A DNA stretch of 64,000 nt, from assembly GCF_018350175.1 (NCBI RefSeq), contig NC_058368.1:120902001-120966000 (forward strand). The letters run 5' to 3'. This document shows positions 14,315 through 26,113 of the stretch, piece by piece (position 1 is the stretch's first letter; every line of letters begins with the position of its first letter). The position numbers and the translations under genes are program-made. This stretch comes from Felis catus. Lineage: Eukaryota. The notes below the pieces were generated by a model that saw only the letters and a program-made list of their open reading frames with translations, had not been told where the DNA came from and did not search any database.

Positions 14315-14498
14315 GGGATGTCTGGGTGATTCAGTCAGTTAAGCATCTGGCTCTTGATTTTGGCTCAGGTCATGATCTCATGGCCTGTGAGTTCAAGCCC
14401 CACATTGAGCTCTATGTGGACAGCGTGGAGCCTGTTTGACATTCTCTGTCTTTATCTCTCTCTGCCCCTCCCCCACCTCAAAAATAAAAAACATTTTT
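14315..14498 (+). mobile_element. Can-SINE (older subfamily with ctcttgattttggctcagg)
   Basis: Perfect TSD aaaaataatgtccataga (14297-14314 / 14499-14516). Confidence 0.95.
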
Positions 14499-14603
14499 AA
14501 AAATAATGTCCATAGAATTCTATTTATATTCTCTGGTTTTCTTTTATTCACCAGTGTATCAGGAGCATCCCTTCATGATTTTCAATGACTGTACAGTATT
14601 TTA

Positions 14604-14801
14604 TTTTTTTAAGTTTATTTATTGGTTTCGAGAGAGCATGAGCAGGGGAGGGACAGACAGAGAGGGAGAGAAAGGATCCCAAGTAGACTCCACCCTATCA
14701 GCGCAGAGCTGGACCTGGGGCTGGATCTCACAAACCATGAGATCATGACCTGAGCCAAAATCAGGAATTGATGCTTAACCAACTGAGCCACCCAGGCACC
14801 C
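14604..14801 (-). mobile_element. Can-SINE
   Basis: Degenerate TSD caatgactgtacagtatttta / caatgaccatgtagtatttta. Confidence 0.93.
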
Positions 14802-15049
14802 CAATGACCATGTAGTATTTTAATCATATAGACGTGCCGTCATTTGTCTAACATATACCATATTGTTAAGCATTCATGGTTGCACTTCTTGCTATAGAAC
14901 TAATCTTGATCCTCCTTAATTATATTTCATTTAGATAAATTTTTTACAAGTAGAATTGTTAGTTCCTAAAGAAGATGCTCCAGGAACAGTTTTAGCTTCC
15001 TAATAGGCTCCTTGATCTTCTTTTAAAAATGGCTTTGCAATTTAGCAAG

Positions 15050-15399
15050 TGTCTCAGTTCATTCGGGCTGCTATCACAAGAGGCCACCGACTAAGTGGCT
15101 TATAAACCTAAGACATTTATTTCTCACAGTCCCAGAGACTGGAAATCTGAGATAAGTTTGACAGCTTGGGCAGGTGAGGGCTCTCTTCTGGGTTGCAGAC
15201 TTGTCGTTGGACCCTCACATGCTAGGAGGAAAGAGCTGACTCTCTGAGGCCTCTTTAATAAGAGTCCCAATCCCATTCATGAGGGTTCTCCCTGATGACC
15301 TCATCGTCTCCCAATGTCCCTACCTCTTAATGCCATCACCTTGGGAATTAGGTTTTCGACATATGAATTTAAGGGGATATAGACTTTGACACCAAAGCA
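15050..15399 (-). mobile_element. MLT1A-like MaLR solo LTR
   Basis: tgtctcagttcattcgggctgcta...atttatttctcacagt...aatcccattcatgaggg...catatgaattt...accaaagca; ~350 bp; TG...CA ends. Confidence 0.85.
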
Positions 15400-16049
15400 A
15401 TCAGTTATCCCGAGGCAGTGTTGGGTGGCATGAGAAAGTTCTTAGCCACAGAGAATGCATTATTAGATAATGAAGAGTTCACTCAACTTCAGGGCCTCAG
15501 AGAGTTCGTAGTGGTGCCCATGGTGGGAAGCTTTCAGGCCCTAATTCAGCCCAACACTGGACTGGAAATGTTAGTGAAGAACTAGTGCAGACAAATGGAA
15601 CACAGGGTCCCGGGCTGACCAAAGCCCACGCTTTGGGAAGCAGGGGACTCCACAGACACTTTGTGAGAAGGTTATGACAATTCTCAGTTCTTTGACAGCA
15701 GTAATAACCCTCGTGATCTATGCCCAGCTGCCCAAAGCATTCATCCAGATGTGTGCTCCAGCATTTGGCTCACTTGTTAAGCTTCTTCCCATTAGCTGCA
15801 CAATCTCTGCATATAAATAAATCCCAGAATCTTTTAGCCATCTGTTGTGCCGATGGCTCTTGGGATTGGAAACAGGGAAATCCAAGACACTGAGTGAGCA
15901 CAAGTGGCTTTGTGGCCATTTGAAACTGTCACTTGCTAGTATGCAGGTCTTTCTATCTACCTGAAAAGAACCCCCCAAAATAACAAAAATAATACCTTTA
16001 CTGCTGAAAAATGCTTTAAAAATTGTGATTACTGTTCTCCCTGTAATAT

Positions 16050-16550
16050 CTTAGTATGAATTTCCCCTGAGACAGAGTTTCAAATGCAAGTAGTTGATTG
16101 GAACATGCAAGGGAAATGGGTGCATAAAGAGGAAGTGAAACAGAGAAGGGAAGGTAGACAATAAAAAGGAGGTTGTTAATCTAGAGGTGCAGTGGATGAG
16201 TAGAGCTTAATGCCCCAGAGGAACTCTGAAGTACACTGCAAAATACAGTCTGAGAATTACCCTCATCAGAAAAAAATACACTATGCTGGGAACAGACACG
16301 CCAGGGATTTAGTGGGGAAACATCTATGAGACGGGTCAGGGGACTGTGTGCAGGAGTAGGAAGGACTTGTGGCAGAACTGAAGAAGTGGGGAGAAGGATG
16401 GAGCACAGAGTAGGAGGAGCCTCAGACCACAGCACCATCTGAAGACCTGCCAGCTGGGCCAACAGAGTCCCCAAACAGCATTAGTCCACTGATGAGGCAG
16501 GAATAGACTCACATGGTACCCCACCACACCCAGTCACTGCCTAGGACAGT
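16050..16550. mobile_element. Probable old MaLR/ERVL LTR relic
   Basis: cctgagacagagtttcaaatgcaagtagttgattgg...gaggaagtgaaacagagaagggaagg resembles MLT1-family LTRs. Confidence 0.4.
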
Positions 16551-16574
16551 CCATCCCAGAGTGGTCTTGAATCA

Positions 16575-17050
16575 CAGGGACATAATCTTCTCCCTTAGTC
16601 ACTGGCCACTCCTTCTCAGTTCCTTTGGCTGGTTTATCTTTCTCTTCCAGATTTCTTAGTGTTGGAGTTCCCGGACGGTCTCTCTCCCTCTCCCTCCCTC
16701 CCTCTCTGTTTATATTCGTTCCACATGTTCCCTGCTAGTGTCAGGGACTTAATGATCATTTATATACTCATGACTTCCACTTCCAGTTTTATATCTCTGG
16801 CCTAGACCTCACCTCTGAGCTTTCCATTCACACATCCAGCTGTCTCTTTAGATGCTGATAGGCATCTCCAAGTTCCTAAGTTCAAAATAGAGCCCAGCAC
16901 AATACAAATTCATATATTGCCCTGATGTGTGCTTCTAATTTTTTCTCCTTTATCTGAATGTAAGCTTTAAGAAAGGCAGGGATTTTGCCTGTCTTGTGTT
17001 CTATCCCCAAGAATAGCACATAATAATTTCAATTAAAAAAAATGAATAAA
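16575..17050 (+). mobile_element. L2 LINE fragments
   Basis: ccactccttctcagttccttt, atatctctggcctagacctc, gtaagctttaagaaaggcagggatt, ends in aatgaataaa. Confidence 0.7.
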
Positions 17051-17334
17051 GGGTATTCCTTAACCATTAGGCCAGAAAACCTGAGCTAAAGCAGTGAAAC
17101 AGTGAATACAGCAGTATTCTCTATGGGGCACATAGTGTTTGAATACTTGACTCTCAGTCTTGTGAGCAAAGCTGATGGACCCAGATAATTGTTATTCAAT
17201 GAGGAAGAGTGAAGAGTTGGTGCAAAACCCAGAGGCAGTAAGAGTTTAGTGATTTAAAGAACACACACTGCCTGAAAAAAGATAATGAAACCACCATCCT
17301 AGCAGAGAAAAGTCCAATGAGCACAACTAAACTA

Positions 17335-17465
17335 ACAATATTAATACATTGCTCTAAGTGCTTTACATAAATCATTGGCCATAATCATCAGAACAGCCAT
17401 GTAAAAGACATACATACATCATTATCTTTGTTTTGCAGCTGAGGGAAACAGGGCTCTGAGCACTT
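17335..17465 (-). mobile_element. MIR, left part (split by the full-length L1; continues ~24950-25000)
   Basis: tgctctaagtgctttacat...ttttgcagctgagggaaacagggctctgag; resumes as gactcaaatccaggtttatctgatcccaga after the L1. Confidence 0.7.
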
Positions 17466-17479
17466 AAATGTTCTGAAAT

Positions 17480-18700
17480 GGGAGGAGCTGAGATGGCGGA
17501 ACAACATGGAAGCTTTTTGTGTGTCTCACATCCGTGAAATACAGCCAGACCAACACTAAACCATCCCACACACCTAGAAAACTGATTGGAGGATTCACAC
17601 AACAATCTGCACAACCTGAACCACCAAATTCAGCAGGTACGTGGCACGGAGAGCTGAACGTGGGGGGAGAGAAGCCGGCAGCGGGCAGGAAGTTGCCTTT
17701 GCAGGTGGAGAGAGGACGGAGACTGGGGCGGGGGAGCATACGGGACAAGCACTCCTCCCCAAAGCAGCTGGAGAGAAAGTGGAAAATTGGAAATAGCTAC
17801 AGGGACTAAACTAAAAAGGGAGAAAGGAGAGGGTTTAAATTCCATTTAGACTGTAAACAAGGGGAGCTCAAAGGCTGCAACTCCACAGCTCGATACCTGG
17901 CGGTGCTCTGGCAGGAAAGGTGAATCCCCAAGAATGGAGTGGGGTCAGGAAGGTTCTCGGGCCACACAGGGAAAAGTGGTGCCACTGCTGGAATGACATT
18001 TGGTAGAGACTGTTGAAGCCAACTGGTCCCAGCAGACCCCGGAAGGTGGCCACATTCGCTGGTGCTGAGGCAAGGTTGCTGAGGGTGAAGCCTGGTGCCA
18101 GACGTGTGTTGTGATTTTCCATAATCCCTGAAACACTGCTGCTACATGTCTTGCGATTTTGGGCGGGGGGGGGGGGGGGGGGTGGGCTGGCACCTGGCTG
18201 TAGTCTTGGAGCACCGGCAACAGCAGGATCCAGCGGGCATTCCTGGGTGCAGCTGACATTAGGCCATTGCTCATTCAGCCATAGCTCGGTGAGGCCCTCC
18301 CACAGAGGGGCAGAGCAGGTCAAAGCCTCAGTCCTTTGGAAGTAAGGGGCTGGGAAAAACAGCCGCATCTGAAGCAAAACTTGGAGAGAGTTACCGCCTG
18401 GGGCCTGGTCACGGAGAGTGGAAAAGCGGGGAGTGGACAAGAGCTGAAGAGGGAGGACCGGTGCACGACTGCTGATCTGGGAGAATAGAGTGGGTGGCTG
18501 GGTGGCGCCATTTTTCAACACTCCTGTGCATGCACATGCGCACCAATGAGCACCGCAACAATCCACCCCAGTAGGCTAGCAACCATCTAGTGGAGAGCAG
18601 AGCTGTTACTCCAACCCCACCCAGCTGGGCCAACTTCGCTCTTCAAGAACACAAGCCTCACCCCTGGCTTAATCTATGGACTATAAAGAGCTACATAGAC
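17480..18700 (+). promoter_or_regulatory. L1 internal promoter region (GC-rich 5'UTR) with YY1-type motif
   Basis: gagatggcgg at 17490-17499, at the position of the known L1 YY1 site; GC/CpG content higher than flanks; G18 run at 18165-18182. Confidence 0.7.
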
Positions 18701-18809
18701 TGACCTCTAGGGGAAAACAAAGCAATTTCAGTCCTACTTCAATCTGTTAGCAGGTTCATCTATTCAATTTTTTTTTCCTTTTCCTTTTTCTCCTTTACAA
18801 CTCTTTTCT

Positions 18810-19450
18810 TTTCCTTGAATACGGAGGAAAAAAACATTTTTATTTTCAATTTTTATTAAAAATATCTCTATAATTTTTATTACTATATTTTTTACTTTTG
18901 TGTAAATTTTTTCAAGTTCTACCTTCATCATTTTATTTTAGTCTATTTCAGTGTACTCACCTTTTAAAATTTTCAAACAATTTTCTTTTTTTTCTTTTTT
19001 CTCTTTCCCATTTCTTTCTTGAATGCAGAAAGAGAAAAACTTAATTTTTACTTTCAATTTCTTTTAAAAATATTTTTATTTAATTTTTATCACTATATTT
19101 TTTGCTTTTATTTAAATTTTTCAAATTCTGTCTTGCTCCCATCATTTTATTTTAGTCTACTACAGTGTATTCACTTTTTCAAATTTTCAAACGATTTCTT
19201 TTTTTCTTTTCTTTTCTTTTTTCTTTTTTTATCTTTTTTCTCTTTTTTTGTTTCTTTTCTTTTTTCTTAAATACAGAAAATGAAAAACCTAATATTTATT
19301 TTTAATTTTTATTGAAAATAGTTTTCTTTAATTTTTTTCTACTATATCCTTTACTTTTGTGTATATTTTTTCAAATTCTATTTTACCCCCGTCATCTCAT
19401 TTTAGTCTACTTCAGTGTATTCATTTTTTCAAATTCTCAAATGATTTCCT
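18810..19450 (+). repeat. Three diverged ~180-bp AT-rich tandem monomers in the L1 5'UTR
   Basis: Shared core cattttattttagtcta..cagtgta.tca..tttt.aaatt.tcaaa at ~18928, ~19143 and ~19393, separated by T-rich linkers. Confidence 0.85.
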
Positions 19451-19633
19451 TTTTTTTTCCTCTCTAATCTGTTAAACCACTTTCAACACCCAGAACCAAA
19501 CACACCTAGGATCTAGCAGCACCTGTTCGATTTGTGTGTGTGTGTGTTTTTAATTTATAATTTTAATATTTTTTAATTTTGATTTTTTTAATTTCAATTT
19601 TTCTACCTCATTAATTCCTTTTCTCCCTTCAAA

Positions 19634-20510
19634 ATGACAAAACGAAGGAATTCACCCCAACAGAAAGAGCATGAAGAAACGACAGCCAGGGATTCACCAA
19701 CAGAGATACAAGCAAGATGTCTGAACCAGAATTTACAATCATGATAATAAGAATACTAGCTGGAGTCGAAAATAGATTAGAATCCCTTTCTGCAGAGATA
19801 AAAGAAATAAAAAATAGCCAGAATAAAATGAAAACTGCTGTAACTGAGCTGCAATCATGGATGGATGCAGTGGCAGCAAGGATGGACGAGGCAGAACAGA
19901 GAATCAGAGATATAGAGGACAAACTTATAGAGAATAACAAAGCAGAGAAAAAGAAGGAGATTAAGGCAAAATAGCACGAGTTAAGAATTAGAGAAATCAG
20001 TGACTCATTAAAAAGGAACAACATCAGAATCATAGGTGTCCCAGAGGAGGGAGAGAGACAAATAGGGGTAGAAGGGTTATGTGAGCAAATCATAGCAGAA
20101 AACTTTCCTAACCTGGGGAAAGACACAGACATCAAAATCCAGGAAGCACAGAGGACTCCCATCAGATTCAACAAAACCCGACCATCAAAAAGGCATATCA
20201 TAGTCAAATTCCCAGAATACTCAGGCAAGGAGAGAATCATGAAGGCAGCAAGGGAAAAAAAGTCCCTAACCTACCAGGGAAGACAGATCGGGTTTGCAGC
20301 AGACCTATCCACAGAAACTTGGCAGGCCAGAAAGGAGTGGCAGGATATATTTAGTGTGCTGAATCAGAAAAATATGCAGCCAAGAGTTCTTGATCTAGCA
20401 AGGCTGCAATTCAAAATAGAAGGAGAGATAAAAAGTTTCCCAAACAAAAATGAAAGGAGTTTGTGACCACTAAACCAGCCCTGCAAGAAATTTTAAGGGG
20501 GACTCTCTGA
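19634..20510 (+). pseudogene. ORF1: L1 ORF1p (RNA-binding chaperone), disrupted
   Basis: ATG 19634 (MTKRRNSPQQKE); frameshift before 19717; premature TAG 19972-19974; second frameshift ~20445; coiled-coil segment and DLSTETWQARKEW motif. Confidence 0.92.
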
Positions 20511-20518
20511 GGGGAGGG

Positions 20519-20519
<1 letters not shown>

Positions 20520-20563
<44 letters not shown>
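20520..20563. repeat. (GATA)11 tetranucleotide in the L1 inter-ORF spacer
   Basis: 44 nt perfect repeat. Confidence 0.98.
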
Positions 20564-20632
20564 CCAAAAGCAACAAAAGATTAGAAAGGACCAGAGAACA
20601 CCACCAGAAACTCCAACTCTACAAGCATCATA

Positions 20633-23600
20633 ATGGCAATAAATTCATATCTTTTAGTACTCACTCTAAACATCAATGGACTCAATGCTCCATTCAAAAG
20701 ATATAGGGTAACAGAATGGATAAGAAAACAAGACCCATTGATATGCTGTTTACAAGAGACCCACTTTAGACCTAAAGACCCCTGCAGATTGAAAATAAGG
20801 GGATGGAGAACCACCTATCATGAGAATGGTCAGCAAAAGAAAGCTGGAATAGCCATACTTATATCAGACAATCTAGACTTTAAAATAAAGATTGTATCAA
20901 GAGATGCAGAAGGGCATTATATCACAATCAAGGAGGCTATAGACCAAGAAGACCTAACAATTGTAAACATTTATGCGCCAAATGTGGGAAAACCCAAATA
21001 CATAAATCAATCACAAACATAAAGAAACTCATTGATAGTAACACCATAATAGTAGGAGACTTCCACACCCTACTCACAGCAATGGACAGATCATCTAATC
21101 AGGAAACCAACAAGGAAACAATGGCTTTGAATGACACACTTGACCAGGTGGACTTAACAGATATATTCAGAACATTTCATCCTAATGCAGCAGAATATAC
21201 ATTCGTCTCCAGTGCACATGGAACATTCTCCAGAATAGACCATATACTGGGACACAAATCAGCCCTAAGTAAGTACAAAAAGATTCAGATCATACCGTGC
21301 ATATTTTCAGCCCACAACGCTATGAAACTCGAAATCAACCACAAGAAAAAATTTGGAAAGGTAACAAATACTTGGAGACTGAAGAACATCCTACTAAAGA
21401 ATGAATGGGCTACCAAGAAGTTAAAGAGGAAATTAAAAAGTATATGGAAGTCAATGAAAATGATAACACCACAACTGAAAACCTCTGGGATGCAGCAAAG
21501 GCGGTCATAAGAGGAAAATATAGGGGCGCCTGGGTGGCGCAGTCGGTTAAGCGTCCGACTTCAGCCAGGTCACGATCTCGCGGTCCGTGGGTTCGAGCCC
21601 CGCGTCGGGCTCTGGGCTGATGGCTCGGAGCCTGGAGCCTGTTTCCGATGCTGTGTCTCCCTCTCTCTCTGCCCCTCCCCCATTCATGCTCTGTCTCTCT
21701 CTGTCCCAAAAAAAATGAAAAAAAAACGTTGAAAAAAAATAAAAAAAAAAAAAGAGGAAAATATATAGCAATCCAGGCCTTCCTAAAGAAGGAAGAAATA
21801 TCTCAGATACACAACCTAACCTTACGCCTTAAGGACCTAGAAAAAGAACAGGAAATAAAGCCCAAAAGCAGCAGAAGACAGGAAATAATAAAGATTAAAG
21901 CAGAAATTAATGCTATCGAAACCAAAAAAACCGTAGAACAGATCAATGAAACCAGAAGCTGGTTCTTTGAAAGAATTAACAAAATTGATAAACCACTATC
22001 CAGTTTGATCAAAAAGAAAAAGGAAAGGACCCAAATAAATAAAATCAAGAATGAAAGAGGAGAGATCACAACCAACACAACAGAATAAAAACAATAATAA
22101 GAGAATATTATGAGCAATTATATGCCAATAAAATGGGTAATTTGGAAGAAATGCACAAATTCCTAGAAACCTATACACTACCAAAACTGAAACAGGAAGA
22201 AATAGAAAATTTGAACAGACCCATAACCAGTAAGGAAATCGAGTTAGTAATCAAAAATCTGCCCCAAAACAAGAGTCCAGGGCCAGATGTCTTCCCAGGG
22301 GGACTCTACCAAACATTTAAGGAAGAGTTAACACCTATTCTCTTGACACTGTTCCAAAAAATAGAAATGGAAGGAAAACTCCCAAACTCATTCTATGAAG
22401 CCAGCATTACCTTGATTCCAAAAACAAACAGAGACCCCACTAAAAAGGAGAACTATAGACCAATTTCCCTGATGAACATGGATGCGAAAATCCTCAACAA
22501 GATATTAGCCAACCGGCTCCAACAATACATTAAAAAAATTATTCACCACGACCAAGTGGGATTTATACCTGGGATGCAGGGTTGGTTCAATATCCGCAAA
22601 ACAATTAACGTGATTCATCACATCAATAAAAGAAAGGACAAGAACCATACGATCTTCTCAATAGATGCAGAGAAAGCATTTGACAAAATACAGTATCCTT
22701 TCTTGATAAAAAACCCTCAAGAAAGTAGGGATAGAAGGATCATACCTTGAGATCATAAAAGCTATATATGAAAGACCACTGCTAATATCATCCTTAACAG
22801 GGAAAAACTGACAGCTTTCCCCTAAGGTCAGGAACAAGACAGGGATGTCCACTCTCGTCACTGTTATTCAACATAGTATTGGAAGTCTTAGCCTCTGCAA
22901 TCAGACAACACAAAGAAATAAAAGGCATCCAACTTGGCCAGGATGAGCTCAAACTTTCACTCTTTGCAGATGATCTGATACTCCATATGGAAAAACCCAA
23001 AAGATTCCACCAAAAAACTGCTAGTACTGATTCATGAATTCAGCAAAGTTGCAGAATATATAATCAATGCACAGAAATCAGTTGCATTCCTATACACCAA
23101 CAATGAAGCGACAGAAAGAGAAATCAAGGACTTGATCCCATTTACAGTTGAACCAAAAACCATAAAATACCTAGGAATAAATCTAACCAAAGAGGTAAAA
23201 AATATATACACTGAAAACTATAGAAAGCTGATGAAAGAAATTGAAGAAGACACAAAAAAATGGGAAAAGATTCCATGCTCCTGGATAGGAAGAATAAATA
23301 TTGTTAAAATGTTGATACTACCCAAAGCAATCTACGTATTCAATGCAATCCCTATCAAAGTAACACCGGCATTCTTCACAGAGCTAGAACAAATAATCCT
23401 AAAGTTTGTATGGAACCAGAAAAGACCCCGAATAGCCAAAGCAATCTTGAAAAAGAAAAAGAAAAAAAAGAAAGCATCACAATCCCAGACTTCAAGCTAT
23501 ATTACAAAGCTGTAACCATCAAGACAGTATAGTACTGGCACAAGAATGGACACTCAGATGAATGGAACAGAATAGAGAACCCAGAAATAGACCCACAAAC

Positions 23601-24666
23601 GTATGGCCAACTAATGCTTGACAAAGCAGGAAAGAATATCCAATGGAATAAAGACAGTCTCTGCATCAAGTGGTGCTGGGAAAACTGGACAGCGACCTGC
23701 ACAAGAATGAACCTGGACCACTTTCTTATACCATACACAAAAATAAACTCAAAATGGATGAAAGACCTCAATGTAAGACAGGAAGCCATCAAACTCCTCA
23801 AGGAGAAAGCAGGCAAAAATCTCTTTGATCTTGCCCGCAGCAATTTCTTACTCAATATGTCTCAGAGGCAAGGGAAACAAAAGCAAAAATGAACTACTGG
23901 GACCTCATCAAAATAAAAAGCTTCTGCACCGCGAAGGAAACAATCAGCAAAACTAAAAGGCAACTGACAGAATGGGAGAAGATATTTGCAAATGACATAT
24001 CAGTAAAGGGTTAGCATGCAAAATCTATAAACAACTTACCAAACTCAACACCCAAAAAACCAATAATCCAGTGAAGAAATGGGCAGAAGACATGAATAGA
24101 CACTTCTCCAAAGAAGACATCCAGATGGCCAACTGACGCACGAAAAGTGCTCACCATCACTCATCATCAGGGAAAGACAAATCAAAACCAAACTGAGATA
24201 CCACCTCACACCTGTCAGAATGGCTAACATTAACAACTCAGGCAACAACAGATGTTGGCAAGGATGCAGAGAAAGAGGATATCTTTTGCATTGCTGGTGG
24301 GAATGCAAGCTGGTGCAGCCACACTGGAAAACAGTATGGAGGTTCCTCAAAAAATTAAAAATAAAAGTATCCTGCAATGCAGCAATTGCACTGCTAGGCA
24401 TTTATCCAAGGGATACAGGTATGCTGTTTCGAAGGGACACACGCACCCCAATATTTATAGCAGCACTATCAACAATAGCCGACGTATGGAAAGAGCCCAA
24501 ATGTCCATTGATGGATGAATGGATAAAGAAGGTGTGTGAAATATATAAAATGGAGTATTACTCGGCAATCAAAAAGAATGAAATCTTGCCATTTGCAACT
24601 ACATGGATGGAACTGGAGGGTATTCTGCTAAGTGAAATTAGTCAGAGAATGACAAAAATCATATGA
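20633..24666 (+). pseudogene. ORF2: L1 ORF2p (APE endonuclease, reverse transcriptase, C-terminal domain), disrupted
   Basis: TLNINGLN, CCLQETH and SRIDHILG endonuclease motifs; [13 protein letters not shown] at 22963-22974; [11 protein letters not shown]; broken by multiple frameshifts and a SINE at 21523. Confidence 0.96.
21523..21751 (+). mobile_element. Young CpG-rich SINEC_Fc inserted in L1 ORF2
   Basis: Perfect TSD aagaggaaaatata (21509-21522 / 21752-21765); Pol III A box tggcgcagtcgg 21535-21546 and B box gttcgagcc 21591-21599. Confidence 0.98.
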
Positions 24667-25636
24667 CTTCACTCATATGAGGACTTTAAGAGACAAAACA
24701 GATGAACATAAGGGAAGGGAAACAAAAATAATATAAAAACAGGGAGGGAGACAAAACAGAAGAGACTCATAAATATGGAGAACAAACTGAGGGTTGCTGG
24801 AGGAATTGTGGGAGGGGGGATGGGCTAAATGGGTAAGGGGCACTAAGGGATCTACTCCTGAAATCATTGTTGCACTATATGCTAACTAATTTGGATGTCA
24901 ATTTTAAAAAATAAAATTCAAAAAATTCAAAAAAAGTGTTCTGGAATAAAAGATTCTGTGACTCAAATCCAGGTTTATCTGATCCCAGATTCCTTTTTCC
25001 TTATAGGCTATCTTCTGAGATATATGTGAAAATTCAGGGGGCTAATCTGAAGTGTCCTCAAATTCTGGAAGTGAAGTTGGGTCTATTCATGATGAAATAG
25101 TCTCTGTGAGGGGACCAAAAGAGGTTCTGCACTTAGGTTATTTAAAGCAAAATGAGAGCAAGTCAAAGATTTGCCTCTTGGAGCAATGTTGTGTCAGGAG
25201 AATGCTTGGAGGGACCAAATGTGGAATTCAGTGCCCTATTTTCTGAACAATCCCACCTAAAAATAGATATAATACCTGACTCTGTGGATGCTCCATTCAT
25301 ACCTTCTTGTGTCCCTCTACTATCCTTGTGCTCACCAACCTATTTCCAATGTCCAGGCTGCCAGTAAGAGTGTGGGGCAGAGTGTCTGGTAATGGTACCA
25401 CTGGTAGACTGTGTCCATCATGCAGAGAGACCAGGTTAGTTGACGGACAAGCTGTCATTGGATTTAGCAACTCTTGGTGGCCTGGAGAACAGCAATTTGG
25501 GTGGGGTGGTGGAGGCAAGAAATTTATGGAAACGGATTAAGGACGGAATGAGAGGAAAGAAAACCAGGGTGGTGAGAAAAGTTCTATGAATGATTTCATA
25601 GTGACTTACACCATTAAAAAGAAATCCCACAACTCA

Positions 25637-25847
25637 GGGCGCCTCGGTGGCTCTGAGAGTTCAGCGTCCGACTTTGTGTCAGGTCATGATCTCACGGTTC
25701 TTGGGTCAAGCCCCGCATCAGGCTCTGTGCTGACAGTTGAGAGCCTGGAGCCTGCTTCGGATTCTGTGTCTCCTCTCTCTGCCCCTCCACCACTCACGCT
25801 CTGTCTCTCTCTATAAAAAAAAATGAATAAACGTTAAAAAAAATTAA
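25637..25847 (+). mobile_element. Can-SINE
   Basis: TSD aaatcccacaact / aaatcccacaacc (25622 / 25848). Confidence 0.95.
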
Positions 25848-25878
25848 AAATCCCACAACCCAAATAACATGTTTTTCT

Positions 25879-26113
25879 TTTTTTTAAGTGTATTTATTTT
25901 GAGAGAGAAAGAGAGTGTGTGTGTGAGAGAGAGAGAGAGAGATCGCCCATGCATGCACAGGCAGGGGAGGGACAGAAAAAGAGAGACTCCCAAGCAGGCT
26001 CTGCACTGTAAGTGCAGCCCCAATGTAGGGCTCTATCCCACGCACCATGAGATCATGACTTGAGCCAAAACCAAGAGTCAGAGGCTTAACTGACTGAGCC
26101 ACCCAGGCACCCC
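25879..26113 (-). mobile_element. Can-SINE
   Basis: TSD catgtttttct (25868-25878 / 26116-26126). Confidence 0.95.

Larger units (their letters stand above)
17480..24933 (+). mobile_element. Full-length, inactivated felid LINE-1 (5'UTR, ORF1, ORF2, 3'UTR, A-rich tail)
   Basis: Starts gggaggagctgagatggcgg; ORF1 and ORF2 homology; TSD aaatgttctgaaat (17466-17479) / aagtgttctggaat (24934-24947), 12/14 identical. Confidence 0.98.

Noticed and set aside
17868..18566. 232-aa antisense ORF in the L1 5'UTR (ORF0-like?)
   Set aside because: GC-rich UTR with few stops, non-ATG start, poly-Pro from the G-run; no recognisable homology, and primate ORF0 cannot be assumed in felid L1
19629..20240. 203-aa antisense ORF
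   Set aside because: Shadow frame of L1 ORF1
21523..21600. tRNA-like A/B-box sequences
   Set aside because: Heads of tRNA-derived SINEs, not tRNA genes
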